A DNA stretch of 64,000 nucleotides from Armatimonadota bacterium (GTDB lineage Bacteria; Armatimonadota; HRBIN16): contig OY781964.1 of the NCBI GenBank assembly GCA_963677485.1, positions 3,328,001 to 3,392,000 of the forward strand, written 5' to 3'. The notes beneath the pieces are model-generated. The model searched no databases. It saw nothing but the letters and a program-made list of their open reading frames with translations, and was not told the DNA's origin. Shown here one piece after another: positions 9,299 through 19,571 of this stretch. Positions within the stretch are counted from its first letter, which is position 1; each line of letters begins with the position of its first letter. The translations under genes were made by a program, and so were the position numbers.

Positions 9299-10324
9299 AT
9301 GGTTCGAGTCGCGATTACCGGATTAGCCCACGGCCACGTAAACGCCTATGTGAATGTATGGCAGCAGAGACCGGAACTTGATATTGAAGTGGTCAGTTGC
9401 TGGGACCGCCAGGCGGAGCGCGCCCAGGCCTTCGCAACCCAGTTTAACATCCCCTGCGTAGCGGAACTTGACGAGATACTGAACGATAAGTCGATAGAGG
9501 CCGTAGTCGTAGCCAGCGAAACAGCCTTCCATTCTGAGTTGGTTGTGAAGGCTGCCAACGCCGGCAAAGTGGTGATCCTGCAGAAGCCCATGGCATTGAC
9601 CCTTGAGCAGGCAGACGCCATCGTAGAGGCCGTGAAGGCCAACAACACCCGCTTCACCATGGCCTGGCAGATGCGCGTAGACCCCGAGAACCTGCGCATG
9701 AAAGAACTTCTAGCGACCAATGACTTCGGCAAGATTTTGATGGCACGCCGACGGCACTGCCTCTCTACCCACACCTGGCCTGGTTTTGAGAACACCTGGC
9801 ACAACTCCGCCGAACTGAACCGCGACATCTGGGCTGACGATGCCTCTCACCCGATGGATATGCTGCACTGGCTGCTTGGCGTGCCGGCTTCCATCACCGC
9901 GGAGATCAGCACCATCGTGAACCCCAAAGTGAAGAACGACAACGGCATCGCCATCCTGCGCTACGACAGTGGCCTGATCGCTGAGGTTGTCAGCAGCTTC
10001 ACCAGCGTGACCGGTGAGAACACCACCGAGATCCTGTGCGAGAAGGGCATGATCGTGCAGAACTACGGCGACGGCCCCAGCAGCGGTCTGCGTCCTGAGG
10101 GTGGTATCTCTCTGAAGTGGTTCCTGGCGGGCGAACCGGCATGGCATCAAGAGAACACCATCCGCACCCAGGGTGAGCGCATCCCCGGGCTGGCAGAGCC
10201 GCTGTCGATCTGGCTGCACGGCAAGCGCGACCCCATCTGCACCGCAGAGGATGGCCGCGACAGCCTGCGAATGATCCTGGCCTGCTACGAAAGCACCGAG
10301 AAGGGCTGCCGCGTCAAGCTGTAG
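9299..10324 (+). CDS. Gfo/Idh/MocA family oxidoreductase
   Basis: VRVAITGLAHGH Rossmann start, AGKVVILQKPMA, DDASHPMD; start after SD ggagg. Confidence 0.85.
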   Translation: MVRVAITGLAHGHVNAYVNVWQQRPELDIEVVSCWDRQAERAQAFATQFNIPCVAELDEILNDKSIEAVVVASETAFHSELVVKAANAGKVVILQKPMALTLEQADAIVEAVKANNTRFTMAWQMRVDPENLRMKELLATNDFGKILMARRRHCLSTHTWPGFENTWHNSAELNRDIWADDASHPMDMLHWLLGVPASITAEISTIVNPKVKNDNGIAILRYDSGLIAEVVSSFTSVTGENTTEILCEKGMIVQNYGDGPSSGLRPEGGISLKWFLAGEPAWHQENTIRTQGERIPGLAEPLSIWLHGKRDPICTAEDGRDSLRMILACYESTEKGCRVKL

Positions 10325-10347
10325 GCCTTTTCGTGAACCGCCTTATT

Positions 10348-10417
10348 GGACGGATTCGACGGATACGACCGATCAACTCGATTGGCCAGATCCGTCGAAT
10401 CCGTCCGGTTTATTTTT
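10348..10417 (+). terminator. 17-bp inverted repeat followed by T-rich tract
   Basis: ggacggattcgacggat (10348-10364) / atccgtcgaatccgtcc (10390-10406), then ggtttattttt. Confidence 0.7.
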
Positions 10418-10462
10418 AGTAGTCCGCAACCTGGGTGATGGTGACGCCCTGGGAGGTAATAT

Positions 10463-13400
10463 GTGATGCTGCTGCCCATTTTAGTTTCGGCTGTGTTGCT
10501 GGTTGTGTTCACTCGAGGATCGCAGGCGCGGACTGAAGGCATTGATTTGCTGGTGGTCAATGACTTTGAGTATGGCCTGGATGGATGGTTCACGAATGAT
10601 GCTGGCCGGAATAACCCATCCGCCACACCGTATGTGCAGATCGACATCAGCAACCAGGCGCATTCCGGCAAAGGCGCACTTGAGATGTCATTTAGCGATG
10701 TGAAGGAATGGGCCGCCGCCACCTACAGCTTGGTCCCCATCTGTCTAGCCTGGGCAGAAGCCCGCGTGGACACTCTGAATCTATGGGTAAAGGGCGATGG
10801 CCGAGAGGTGACTCTTACTGTAGGGTTCCAGGGCACCAAAGATGACATGAAGCCCGGTCTTTTCCATCGCGTTCAAGTGCCGGTCAAGGGCACCGATTGG
10901 CTGCAAGTCAGCATCCCATTCGAGCAGCTTCAAGCCAGCCAACCCGAAGTCAAGCTACGTGCCATATCGCTATATTCGCTCTACATCGGTGTGATGTCCG
11001 ACATCGCAGCAGCGAAAGTGTTGATTGATGACATAACAGTCAGCCGCCGCGGCACAGGTACACAATATCTATACGCCGGAATCCATGATGCTGCGGTAAA
11101 GCGGTTGCCGCCTGCCCGTAAAATGCCGCGGTTAGGCAACTGGTCATGGCCATTCACAAACCCCGAGTATCTTGAGCCGCTGCAGAAACTGGGTCTGGGC
11201 TTCAGCGACGGAATCACCGATGGGCCGGCCCTGGAGATGTTTTACTTTACCAAAGGCTGGCTGACAAATGTGATCCCAAACCGGCTTCGCGCTCCTCAGG
11301 CATTGGCGGGGTTAGGATTGACGTCAGAAGATATTGATCAGGATTCGCAGGGTCACCGTGCGGATAACGGATTTGAAGGCGCCGTTTACCATCCTGAAGT
11401 GATCACGCGGATGAACCACTCGTTGACCATCCAGGTGGCGCCATTGAGCAAGGCTCCGTGGGTCACCTCGTTCATCTTTACCGCTCCCACCAGTATGTAC
11501 GGTGAACTGCATTTCCCAATGTCCACCACAGGGCAGTACATGGTATTCAGCCGTCCGGCCAAGCAAAGCTTCCGTGCTTGGCTCCGGCAGGCATACGCAG
11601 GCAGTTTGTCGGCGTTACGTCAAGCGTGGGGTGAGCCTGTTCCGAGTTGGGACGTAATCGTACCACCGGATGGTCACAACGCCAACGGCGAAGGGTTGGA
11701 CATCAGCCAAAAGTGGAGCGACTTTATCCACTGGTACAACTGGTGCATGTTGGAGATAGCCCGCAACGGCTACACTACCATGCGTAACTGCACCCGAAAG
11801 CCGATTGAGGGTATGCTGGGTGGCCCAAAAGTGGGGATGGGGCAGGGGATAGAGCTGGGGAACATCGGACCGATGATGAAGATGCTAGGCAGCATCAAAC
11901 CGGCATTGTTCAATGATACCGATGCACAGACGTTATACTCAGTGCGGTATTCACAGACGGCAGCCCGGCACTATGGCGTGACGCTGATGGTGGAACACGT
12001 GGGGCCTCCTTACCTGGCGCTGGCCCATCAGTATGAGATGCTGTTGAACGGTCTGGCTGTTGGTGCCAGTGTATTCCATCTGGCCCATCTGGGTGAGTTG
12101 TTCCAGCCTGAGCACTTCTTCGCGAAGGCGTGGCGGGCACTGGCTCCTGTGGTTCGTGAAGTTGATACGCCCGGAACTCAGTCCAAAGCGTTGATGTTCC
12201 ACAGCTATATGACCGCGTGGTATCGAAAATCCCGAAACAATGCCGATGGTCTGAACCTGTACGACGGTGTGAATACCTTGTGGTCGAGTGGTCTGGGATA
12301 CCCGAGCTGGGGACGAGTGTTGGATAGCCCCGGTGTGGCCGACGATCAGATGGTCGAAGACGGGGTGCTAAAAGGGCATACGCTGCTGGTGATACCAAAC
12401 GCCAGTGTGACGGTCACTTCCCAGAAGGCAGTTCGATCGATACTTGATTGGGTGAAAGCTGGTGGCATGCTCATCGGGTTTGGCGAGGGGTGTTTGGGCT
12501 ACACGGTGCTCCCCAACCGGCAATTACGCCCATCGCCAGGTTTTGCAGATACTTTCACAAACCAGCAGCTAGCCGATGCCAGGAAGCAGGGCCTGCCGCG
12601 ACTGGAAAAACAGCTAGGCAAGGGGCGTGTGGTGCTGTATCTACGTGCTGCTGATGTGGAGGAGCGAATGCCCGACGGCAGCAAGTTTGTAGATTGGGTG
12701 ATGCCCCAACTAGCCAATGAGGCCGCCAAGGCAGGGGTGAAGCCAAAAGTGACCAGTGACGCAGGTGACACCGTGAACCCGCTTTATGCTGGCCAGGATC
12801 GATCCACTCGTCGCCATATTTTCACGTTGGACACAATAGTCAAAACCAGGGGTTCCAGTGTTCCGGTGTTCGTCACAAATCAACGCGTGAGGCTGCTGTT
12901 TGACAAGTCACTGCGGGGTGAGGCGGAGTTGATCAATATCACGGATAGTTTTGAGTCGGTGCAGGGCGGAAAGGCAGCCTTCGACGCCGATGACCGCGTT
13001 CTGCGCATACGCTTCAGTGTGCCCACTGAGCTGGTGATATCCTATGGTGACAGCGCGAGCGGGATAAAAGCAGCGCGACACCCATTGCTGTTCTGGGATC
13101 ACACGACGCTGGTATTGAGCCCGGCAGGTGAGTTCGGCGTGAGGCAAACGCAGGAACCCATCACTGTTGGAGCTGACGGCAGCCTTTCACCCGCCGATGT
13201 CAAAGTGACCCGGTTGATCCATGGTGACATGCATCGGGCAAACCACGGGCGCGGCCCCACCTTCCAGTTGCAGCTAAGGCGCAAGGGAGCGGTTCATATC
13301 AGCGTGAACTCCGTCTCAACCGATGCGGTTTTGGTGGTATACCTCGATGCAGTCGAAGTGCTGCGCCAGATGTTAAGCCGCTCCGATAGCCACACAGTGC

Positions 13401-13525
13401 CACCTGTCGGTGAGATACATCGCACTTTCAGCGTGGATGTGCCAGCGGGTGAACACACTGTGAAGATCGATAACCTGGGTGCCGACTGGATGTCGATTGA
13501 CGACTACCGGTTTGAAGGATTATGA
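10463..13525 (+). CDS. Secreted modular GH42-like beta-galactosidase with N-terminal CBM11-like domain and trimerisation (GATase-like) domain
   Basis: Signal peptide; LNLWVKGDG CBM11-type motif; FRAWLRQAY..SLSALRQAWG GH42-type motif; LLVIPN...DWVKAGGMLI..LGKGRVV. Confidence 0.6.
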   Translation: MMLLPILVSAVLLVVFTRGSQARTEGIDLLVVNDFEYGLDGWFTNDAGRNNPSATPYVQIDISNQAHSGKGALEMSFSDVKEWAAATYSLVPICLAWAEARVDTLNLWVKGDGREVTLTVGFQGTKDDMKPGLFHRVQVPVKGTDWLQVSIPFEQLQASQPEVKLRAISLYSLYIGVMSDIAAAKVLIDDITVSRRGTGTQYLYAGIHDAAVKRLPPARKMPRLGNWSWPFTNPEYLEPLQKLGLGFSDGITDGPALEMFYFTKGWLTNVIPNRLRAPQALAGLGLTSEDIDQDSQGHRADNGFEGAVYHPEVITRMNHSLTIQVAPLSKAPWVTSFIFTAPTSMYGELHFPMSTTGQYMVFSRPAKQSFRAWLRQAYAGSLSALRQAWGEPVPSWDVIVPPDGHNANGEGLDISQKWSDFIHWYNWCMLEIARNGYTTMRNCTRKPIEGMLGGPKVGMGQGIELGNIGPMMKMLGSIKPALFNDTDAQTLYSVRYSQTAARHYGVTLMVEHVGPPYLALAHQYEMLLNGLAVGASVFHLAHLGELFQPEHFFAKAWRALAPVVREVDTPGTQSKALMFHSYMTAWYRKSRNNADGLNLYDGVNTLWSSGLGYPSWGRVLDSPGVADDQMVEDGVLKGHTLLVIPNASVTVTSQKAVRSILDWVKAGGMLIGFGEGCLGYTVLPNRQLRPSPGFADTFTNQQLADARKQGLPRLEKQLGKGRVVLYLRAADVEERMPDGSKFVDWVMPQLANEAAKAGVKPKVTSDAGDTVNPLYAGQDRSTRRHIFTLDTIVKTRGSSVPVFVTNQRVRLLFDKSLRGEAELINITDSFESVQGGKAAFDADDRVLRIRFSVPTELVISYGDSASGIKAARHPLLFWDHTTLVLSPAGEFGVRQTQEPITVGADGSLSPADVKVTRLIHGDMHRANHGRGPTFQLQLRRKGAVHISVNSVSTDAVLVVYLDAVEVLRQMLSRSDSHTVPPVGEIHRTFSVDVPAGEHTVKIDNLGADWMSIDDYRFEGL

Positions 13526-13543
13526 CCATCAGCTTCATGCATC

Positions 13544-13585
13544 ATCACATACCCCCCAGCGCAGATGCGCTGGGGGGTATGTGAT
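13544..13585. terminator. Perfect 20-bp inverted repeat between convergent genes
   Basis: atcacataccccccagcgca-ga-tgcgctggggggtatgtgat. Confidence 0.75.
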
Positions 13586-13586
13586 C

Positions 13587-13647
13587 GTAGGGGCAAGCCC
13601 CTGTGCTTGCCCGTTTAACGGTTTGGGCGAGGAGACCTCGCCCCTAC
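13587..13647. repeat. Inverted pair of GTAG-type REPs (REPIN-like doublet)
   Basis: gtaggggcaagcccctgtgcttgccc ... gggcgaggagacctcgcccctac; the distal GTAG overlaps the TAG stop of the GH38 gene. Confidence 0.8.
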
Positions 13648-16583
13648 GCCAACCGTAGGCTCTTGATCTCGAAGGGGCGGAAGCTGAGCGCGATGGTGCT
13701 GTCCTGCACCTCCACACCCTCGATCGGCTCCTCCATGAGGTTCACCACCGTGGCCGACGATACCGGCAGGCCGCATGTCACCAGGCAGTCCACATCGGCA
13801 CCGGTGCCCTCATACAGTCGCACGATCAGACCTTCGCCGTCTTCCGCACGCTTGATCGCCTCCACATAGACGCTAGAGGAGCTCAGTTTCAGAATGCTGC
13901 CCTTGCTGCCGCTCTCCAAAACCCGTAGCGGGCTGTTCAGCACATGCGCGGCTTGACGTACTTGGCCCTTCACGTAGTCACCGGTGTGTGGGTATAACGC
14001 GTAGGTGAAGCTGTGCTGGGCACGGTCGGCCACAGGATCGGGATCGCCTGGGGTGCGCAGCAGGTGCAGGCTGATCTGCCCCTGGTGGAAGGCGTGGCCG
14101 TATTTGCAGTCGTTGAGTACCGCCACACCGCGTGACCGCTCGCTGAGGTCAACCCAGCGATGGGCACAGACCTCAAACATGCTGTATTCCCACACGGTGT
14201 TTTGGTGGGTGGGCCGCTGGATGGTGCCAAACTGGATTTCGCAGTCAGCGGTGTTGGTGTGGATGGTGGTGTCGAAGTCCGCACGCAGCTGCTTGGCGGC
14301 GTCCTTCCAGTCGCATTCGGTGCGGAACTCCAGACTGGCTGATCCCGCTGTGAGGGTGATCCACTGCGTCAAGCTGCTCTCGCCGTAGCGACGGACCTGC
14401 TTCAGCACCGCCTGCGGACCGTCCACATAAGCACACTGCTCCACGAGCTCCATATACTGTGGCATCTGGTCGGATAACCAGATTGGGAAGTCCCAGGCAT
14501 CGCCATAGTCATCATAGATACGGAGCTGGTTGCTGGGTGCTTCGAGTGCTTCAAATCCGGTCTTCTTGTCAAACATGCTGATAAGATTCCCACTGGCGTC
14601 AAACTCGGCGCGCACCAGCTCGTTCTCCAGCAGTGTCTCGGTAGCCGTCACTTCGGGAATCGCCTCCTGGCTGAGGATGCCGAAGCCGCAAGAGGGGGCC
14701 TGCGCCCACTGCCAGCCGCCGTCGGTCTTCACCCATTCACTGCGAAGCCAGCTCTGGCTGTTGAACACGCCTGCAGAACCCTGTCCCAGCGACGTCAGCG
14801 CGGTGCTGGTCAATGCGCAGACTTGCTCAGCCATGGCGGCGTACCGCTCTCGGCTTTCGTCGTACACGCGGGTGATGCTGCTGCCGGGGATGATGTCATG
14901 GAACTGGTAGAGCAGCACCTCTTTCCAGATTTTCTCCAACTCTGCCTTTGGATACTCCAGGCCTTTCACGCTGTTGGCCCAGGTGCTGAGCATCTCGCAA
15001 TCACGCAGCATCAACTCGATTTTGCGGTTCCACTTCTTGTTCCGTGCCTGGGTGGTGTAGGTGCCCTGATGGTGTGCGAGGTAGAGCTCGCCCTGCCAAC
15101 GCTCGAAGCGATGGGCATCCTTGGCGAACCTGGTCAGGAAGTCGCCGCACCATTCCTGCTTCACGCGAGGCAGTCCCAGCAGGTTACCGATGCGCTGCAG
15201 ACGCTCGATATGCTCTTCGCCCGGACCGCCGCCGCCGTCGCCGATTCCGAAGGCCATATACGCGGCTTCGCTGACACCTTTATCTATGTAACGCTGTTCG
15301 GTCACATAGGCTGATGTGGGGGTGGCGCTGCCGTTGTAGGTGTCCTCGGGCAGCAGATGAGTCATTACCTCTGAACCATCGATGCCGCTCCACCAAAAAC
15401 TATGGTGCGGGTAGGTTTTGAAGCTGTCCCAGCTAAGCTTTTGGGTGACAAACAGCTCGATACCGGCCAGTTTCATCACCTGAGGCAGGCTGCCAGTATA
15501 ACCGAAGCTGTCGGGCAGCCACACGATCTTACTGTCGATGCCGAACTTCTCGCGGAAATAGTTCTTACCGTACAGCAACTGGCGCACCAGCGATTCACCG
15601 CCAGGCAGGTTGGTGTCAATCTCCACCCACAGGCCGCCCAGAGGTTCCCATCGGCCTTCGGCTACGCGTTTCTCAATCTCCGCATACACGCTGGGGTAGT
15701 GCTGCTCCATCCATTCGTAAACCTGGGGCTGACTCTGCACAAATACGTATTCGGGATACCGCTCCATCATGCGCAGCGCGGTGGCGAAGGTGCGCGCGCC
15801 TTTACGGATGGTCTCACGAATGGGCCACAGCCAGGCCAGGTCGATGTGCGCATGTCCACCAGCACCGATGGTGAGCGTGGCATCTCCGCCTTTTTTGCTT
15901 AACTCGGGGGCCAGAATACCGCGTGCCCATTCGGCTTCGACTTCGTTGAGCTTTCTCATTCCCTGGAATACATCGCAAAGCGCGGTGAGTATCTGCGCCT
16001 TGCGTGCAGATCCTTCGGGCAGCACGGTGTAGAGGTCCAGCAGCACCTCAAAGTCATAGTAGAGCGCAGCCATCTGCGGGTTCTTGATGGCGATATTGGG
16101 CTGTTTATATGGTCCCCAAGTGCCGTGAGCACCGAACAGGCTGTTGGCCCCGGCGTCCATCCATATGTCGACCGTCTCGCCGCCCTTGGCAGGTTCGGCG
16201 AAGGGCACCACTCGTTTCCCCTCACAGCCCATGGCGTTTTTGACATGCGCCTTCACGTTGGTTGTGCCGATCACGGGGTTGCCGTCCGCATCCACCACCA
16301 GGCCTTCACCGCCCAGGTCGATCAGCAGCACGACTTGCTGGCCGGCGGCTTCAGCAGGGACGGTGCCAGAAAGGTGGAACCAGGCGCAGTCGAACAACTC
16401 GCCCCAGTTCTCGCCCACCTTGGCTTCAATGGGCTCACCGGACATGCGTTCGGAGTAGGGGACTGGCTCTTTGGTACGCCAAGCCTCCCAGTCCAGCGGG
16501 GCGATGACGGTATAACTGGAAGCATAAATGTGATCCCGAAGTCTAGGCAGCACTTTGGCGATGCGTATTTGATAACTAGGCAT
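13644..16583 (-). CDS. GH38 alpha-mannosidase
   Basis: GHAHIDLAWLW, WLPDSFGY, FGIGDGGGGP, GELYLAHHQGTYT, QFHDIIPGS, LNDCKYG; start MPSYQ after SD aggagg. Confidence 0.92.
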   Translation of the reverse strand: MPSYQIRIAKVLPRLRDHIYASSYTVIAPLDWEAWRTKEPVPYSERMSGEPIEAKVGENWGELFDCAWFHLSGTVPAEAAGQQVVLLIDLGGEGLVVDADGNPVIGTTNVKAHVKNAMGCEGKRVVPFAEPAKGGETVDIWMDAGANSLFGAHGTWGPYKQPNIAIKNPQMAALYYDFEVLLDLYTVLPEGSARKAQILTALCDVFQGMRKLNEVEAEWARGILAPELSKKGGDATLTIGAGGHAHIDLAWLWPIRETIRKGARTFATALRMMERYPEYVFVQSQPQVYEWMEQHYPSVYAEIEKRVAEGRWEPLGGLWVEIDTNLPGGESLVRQLLYGKNYFREKFGIDSKIVWLPDSFGYTGSLPQVMKLAGIELFVTQKLSWDSFKTYPHHSFWWSGIDGSEVMTHLLPEDTYNGSATPTSAYVTEQRYIDKGVSEAAYMAFGIGDGGGGPGEEHIERLQRIGNLLGLPRVKQEWCGDFLTRFAKDAHRFERWQGELYLAHHQGTYTTQARNKKWNRKIELMLRDCEMLSTWANSVKGLEYPKAELEKIWKEVLLYQFHDIIPGSSITRVYDESRERYAAMAEQVCALTSTALTSLGQGSAGVFNSQSWLRSEWVKTDGGWQWAQAPSCGFGILSQEAIPEVTATETLLENELVRAEFDASGNLISMFDKKTGFEALEAPSNQLRIYDDYGDAWDFPIWLSDQMPQYMELVEQCAYVDGPQAVLKQVRRYGESSLTQWITLTAGSASLEFRTECDWKDAAKQLRADFDTTIHTNTADCEIQFGTIQRPTHQNTVWEYSMFEVCAHRWVDLSERSRGVAVLNDCKYGHAFHQGQISLHLLRTPGDPDPVADRAQHSFTYALYPHTGDYVKGQVRQAAHVLNSPLRVLESGSKGSILKLSSSSVYVEAIKRAEDGEGLIVRLYEGTGADVDCLVTCGLPVSSATVVNLMEEPIEGVEVQDSTIALSFRPFEIKSLRLA

Positions 16584-16857
16584 AGGTATCCCTCCTGGTT
16601 GAGTAAAAGCAGATGATATTACTAATAGTTTAGCAGCGATGGAGTATGATTCCTGCTTGGACGATAAAGCCAGCTTCTGAGCACCGTCGATGTTATTCGT
16701 GATTCCGATTCGGTCTTGTGGATGTGCTATACTTGAGACACAGCCAAGAAGCTGCCCTGTGGCGAGAACCACTGGGCTAGACCCCGAACTGGGCATGACC
16801 CTCTTAGGGCGCGACCCCCCTACTCCCCCTGTTGGGGCGAGATTATGGGGGCCTCTT

Positions 16858-17025
16858 ATGCTGTATCAAGACACGCGAACACGCAATGTCGTGATTCGTA
16901 ACAAGCCTCGAATTGGCGAATGGGTTCTGGTTTGCGCCAGTATCGCATACACGCTCTGGATGCTTCCCGGCCAGCTTTCTGAGGCCGTTCGAGTGATCAT
17001 GAGTGCGCCGATTTTCGGTGGCTAG
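16858..17025 (+). CDS. Small hypothetical membrane peptide (55 aa)
   Basis: MLYQDTRTRNVVIRNKPRIGEWVLVCASIAYTLWMLPG...; one hydrophobic segment, upstream TGCTATACT-like -10, downstream hairpin; weak SD. Confidence 0.35.
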   Translation: MLYQDTRTRNVVIRNKPRIGEWVLVCASIAYTLWMLPGQLSEAVRVIMSAPIFGG

Positions 17026-17036
17026 TGTTCAAAATG

Positions 17037-17068
17037 CTGGATTCACGTGGTTCGCTACGTGAATCCAG
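17037..17068. terminator. 14-bp stem with TTCG loop
   Basis: ctggattcacgtgg-ttcg-ctacgtgaatccag. Confidence 0.7.
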
Positions 17069-17175
17069 TATTATTACTAGTTTATAATGTATGGTATATA
17101 TAGATATGTGCCATTACCTTGTGGTATAAATGGAATACAACGGTCCGTGACGACCATTCCCAAGGAGGAATTCCA

Positions 17176-17778
17176 ATGAAACGCAATGGGCTACTAAAGT
17201 CTGCCTTGACGCTGACCGCCCTGGTTGTGCTAGGCGCATCCGCATTCGCACAGATTCCGAACGTGAAACCGCCATCGAACAACATGGCCTTCGAGTACAA
17301 TAGCCTCACTGCTATTGCCTACGAGAATCGCGCGGGTGAAGAACTCGATCTTGGTCTTCGGACTGAAATCTTGATTCGCCCTTACATCTATGTGACTGGT
17401 AATCTTACCAGCCGCTGGACTGTAAATGGATGGGGTTCTGCGGTCGATCAAAAAGAAGAGTGGCTGCACATCTATCACAACAAAGACCTGCGCCTGAAGT
17501 TCGTGGGCTGGGACCATCCCACCCTGAACGGAACTCCGGGAGCCGCAAATGTGAACATGCTTGTTAAACTGCAAGCTTTCGGTGCTAACGGAAATTCGCT
17601 TTGGTTAGGTGCTGACTATGCTCAAGCACCAGATGCCAACGTAGAGTTCCCCGTGATCACCGTTGGTGCAGATTATGGGCATCTCGCACTGGCTGTCGGC
17701 CGGCAGGTGCATATAACACAGACCACGGTTGCAGGCAACTACTACAACTACGCGACGATGATCGTAACCCAGCTCTAA
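17176..17778 (+). CDS. Secreted ~200 aa beta-rich protein, pilin/fimbrial-subunit-like
   Basis: Strong SD aaggagg, Sec signal (AFA|Q); C-terminal TTVAGNYYNYATMIVTQL resembles the AGxY..T.TV terminal strand of CS1/spore-coat-U/WxL-type subunits. Confidence 0.5.
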   Translation: MKRNGLLKSALTLTALVVLGASAFAQIPNVKPPSNNMAFEYNSLTAIAYENRAGEELDLGLRTEILIRPYIYVTGNLTSRWTVNGWGSAVDQKEEWLHIYHNKDLRLKFVGWDHPTLNGTPGAANVNMLVKLQAFGANGNSLWLGADYAQAPDANVEFPVITVGADYGHLALAVGRQVHITQTTVAGNYYNYATMIVTQL

Positions 17779-17904
17779 GGCTTGGTTATAAAACATCGCC
17801 CACTGGATTGTAACACTGCCGATTTTTGGCACGTTGATGAGATTTGGGCCCGCACTAATCAGCGGGCTCCTTTTCCTGTCATGTTCAATCTAGAGGTGAA
17901 TAAC

Positions 17905-19461
17905 ATGCGTATGTACAAAACAGTAGTAGCGAGCCTGTTCATGGCCACAGCACTGGCATCATCAATGTCTGCTCAGCAGCCTAGCGGCGGTATGGGCGGT
18001 CTGTTGGTGTCGCCGGGTATCCAGCGTGTGGATTCGCGCGCGGGTGCCACCGGCACGGTCAACTTTGAGCTGTATAATCCCAACACCGTGCCTACTATTG
18101 CCACCATAGAGCTCACCTCTTTTCTGCCGAAAGACTGGAGCTATGACGCGCAACTGAACGTACCTCATGCTCGCGATGCCAGTCCGTGGTTAAAGGTATC
18201 GCCTGAGACCTACCGATTTGGTCCCTATCAGCAACAGGTTCGCGGATACAACTATACGATCCCTCGCTCCGCCAAGGGAACCTACTGGTGTATGCTGCGT
18301 ATCAGTCCGCGTCCTGCATCTGGCGCCAGCACCAATAATGTGGTTTTTGAAGTGCCGATCATCTTCAATGTCGGCAGCGGTTACCGTCCAAACATCAAGC
18401 TGCAAACGCCTATCGTGACGGCGAACCCAGTCAAAACCGAAAGTAGTCTGGTGCTGACAGTGCCCATGCTTAACCTCGGTGATGGCAACGCGGTCATTAC
18501 CGCCACAGGAGACATCCGGCCTCTTGAGGGCGGTCGCATTATCAAGACATTTGATGTGCCTGACAAGAACCTGCTTCCTCAGAGCAAAAGATATATCCTC
18601 GCCGAACTACCGAAAGTATCTGATGGCAAGTATCGTGTGACGATGCGCATGAACGTGAATAGCCGCACATTGCCCAGAATTAAAGTAGATTTTGCTGTGG
18701 TGAAGGGTAAGGCGACAGGCCTTGATGACCCAAAGGTGCTGGAAATGGCTCCCATTTCTATAGAACCTCCGGCATTCGCGTTGGATATGCCGGCCGGGGC
18801 CACTAAGCAGCAGGCGTTGCGTATCCGGAACAATGGGACCAAGCCGATTACATTACAGATATCCGCCAACTCTGTGGAACAGGTAATAAGCGGAGCACTT
18901 GGGTCGAGTGAACTTCCCCCGCCGCAGGGGCTCACGGTCACTATCGATCCTGTGGAATTGGTGCTTCAGCCGAATGAGCTGGGCAGCAGCCGACTCCAGA
19001 TAGGTGTAGATAAATCGGCCAAGGGCGATTTATGGATGGCTTTGTCTGTGGCGGTGAAGGGCAGCACCACCAGTCTTCGTGAGATGATCACAGGTAATGT
19101 GATGGTCAGTAAGACGGCGGATCCCAAGATGGAAGTCACTGATCTGCAACTCATCAAGGCGCAGGGCAGGCCGATCCAAGTTCGGTTCAATGTGAAAAAT
19201 ACCGGAAACAAAGCGGTCTCGCCGGTCGCCACCGCCGCTATATTGGATCGTGGCGTTCAAGTGGTGAACTACCTGGAAGTGCCTCGTGTTGGTGATGGGG
19301 GTGTGATCCCGGGAGCTACGATCGCCAATTCCGTGATGCTTCCGATCGACATTAAGCCTGGGGAATACGTTGTAGAAATATCATATCAGTATACTCCTCA
19401 ACTTACAGCGAAGGGTCGACTGCCCTTATCTGTAGTAAAACCGGTAAAAAAGACTAAATAA
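17905..19461 (+). CDS. Secreted multi-Ig protein, PapD/EcpB/DUF916-like pilus chaperone
   Basis: Signal peptide; VSP...AGATGTVNFELYN, GTYWCML, and repeated V.N.G / PG.Y.V Ig-like motifs in about four domains. Confidence 0.5.
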   Translation: MRMYKTVVASLFMATALASSMSAQQPSGGMGGLLVSPGIQRVDSRAGATGTVNFELYNPNTVPTIATIELTSFLPKDWSYDAQLNVPHARDASPWLKVSPETYRFGPYQQQVRGYNYTIPRSAKGTYWCMLRISPRPASGASTNNVVFEVPIIFNVGSGYRPNIKLQTPIVTANPVKTESSLVLTVPMLNLGDGNAVITATGDIRPLEGGRIIKTFDVPDKNLLPQSKRYILAELPKVSDGKYRVTMRMNVNSRTLPRIKVDFAVVKGKATGLDDPKVLEMAPISIEPPAFALDMPAGATKQQALRIRNNGTKPITLQISANSVEQVISGALGSSELPPPQGLTVTIDPVELVLQPNELGSSRLQIGVDKSAKGDLWMALSVAVKGSTTSLREMITGNVMVSKTADPKMEVTDLQLIKAQGRPIQVRFNVKNTGNKAVSPVATAAILDRGVQVVNYLEVPRVGDGGVIPGATIANSVMLPIDIKPGEYVVEISYQYTPQLTAKGRLPLSVVKPVKKTK

Positions 19462-19571
19462 AATGAAAAACCAGTATAAATACTTGGACATTTGGACCAA
19501 TAGCAAGGTAACATATGAGAGCCTAGCAAATTTGCAGGCATCTATTTGTGTTGCACCCAAGGGGGTGTGAA

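Noticed and set aside
16584-16796. N-terminal extension of the GH38 ORF in the track
   Set aside because: A strong SD precedes ATG 16583 and the extension overlaps a divergent promoter region; starts were trimmed on similar grounds for ORFs at 5093, 9218, 17119, 17782, 45601 and 59384
16740-16857. c-di-GMP riboswitch upstream of the EPS cluster
   Set aside because: Class I and II consensus features were not recognisable by eye; kept only as an unassigned structured leader
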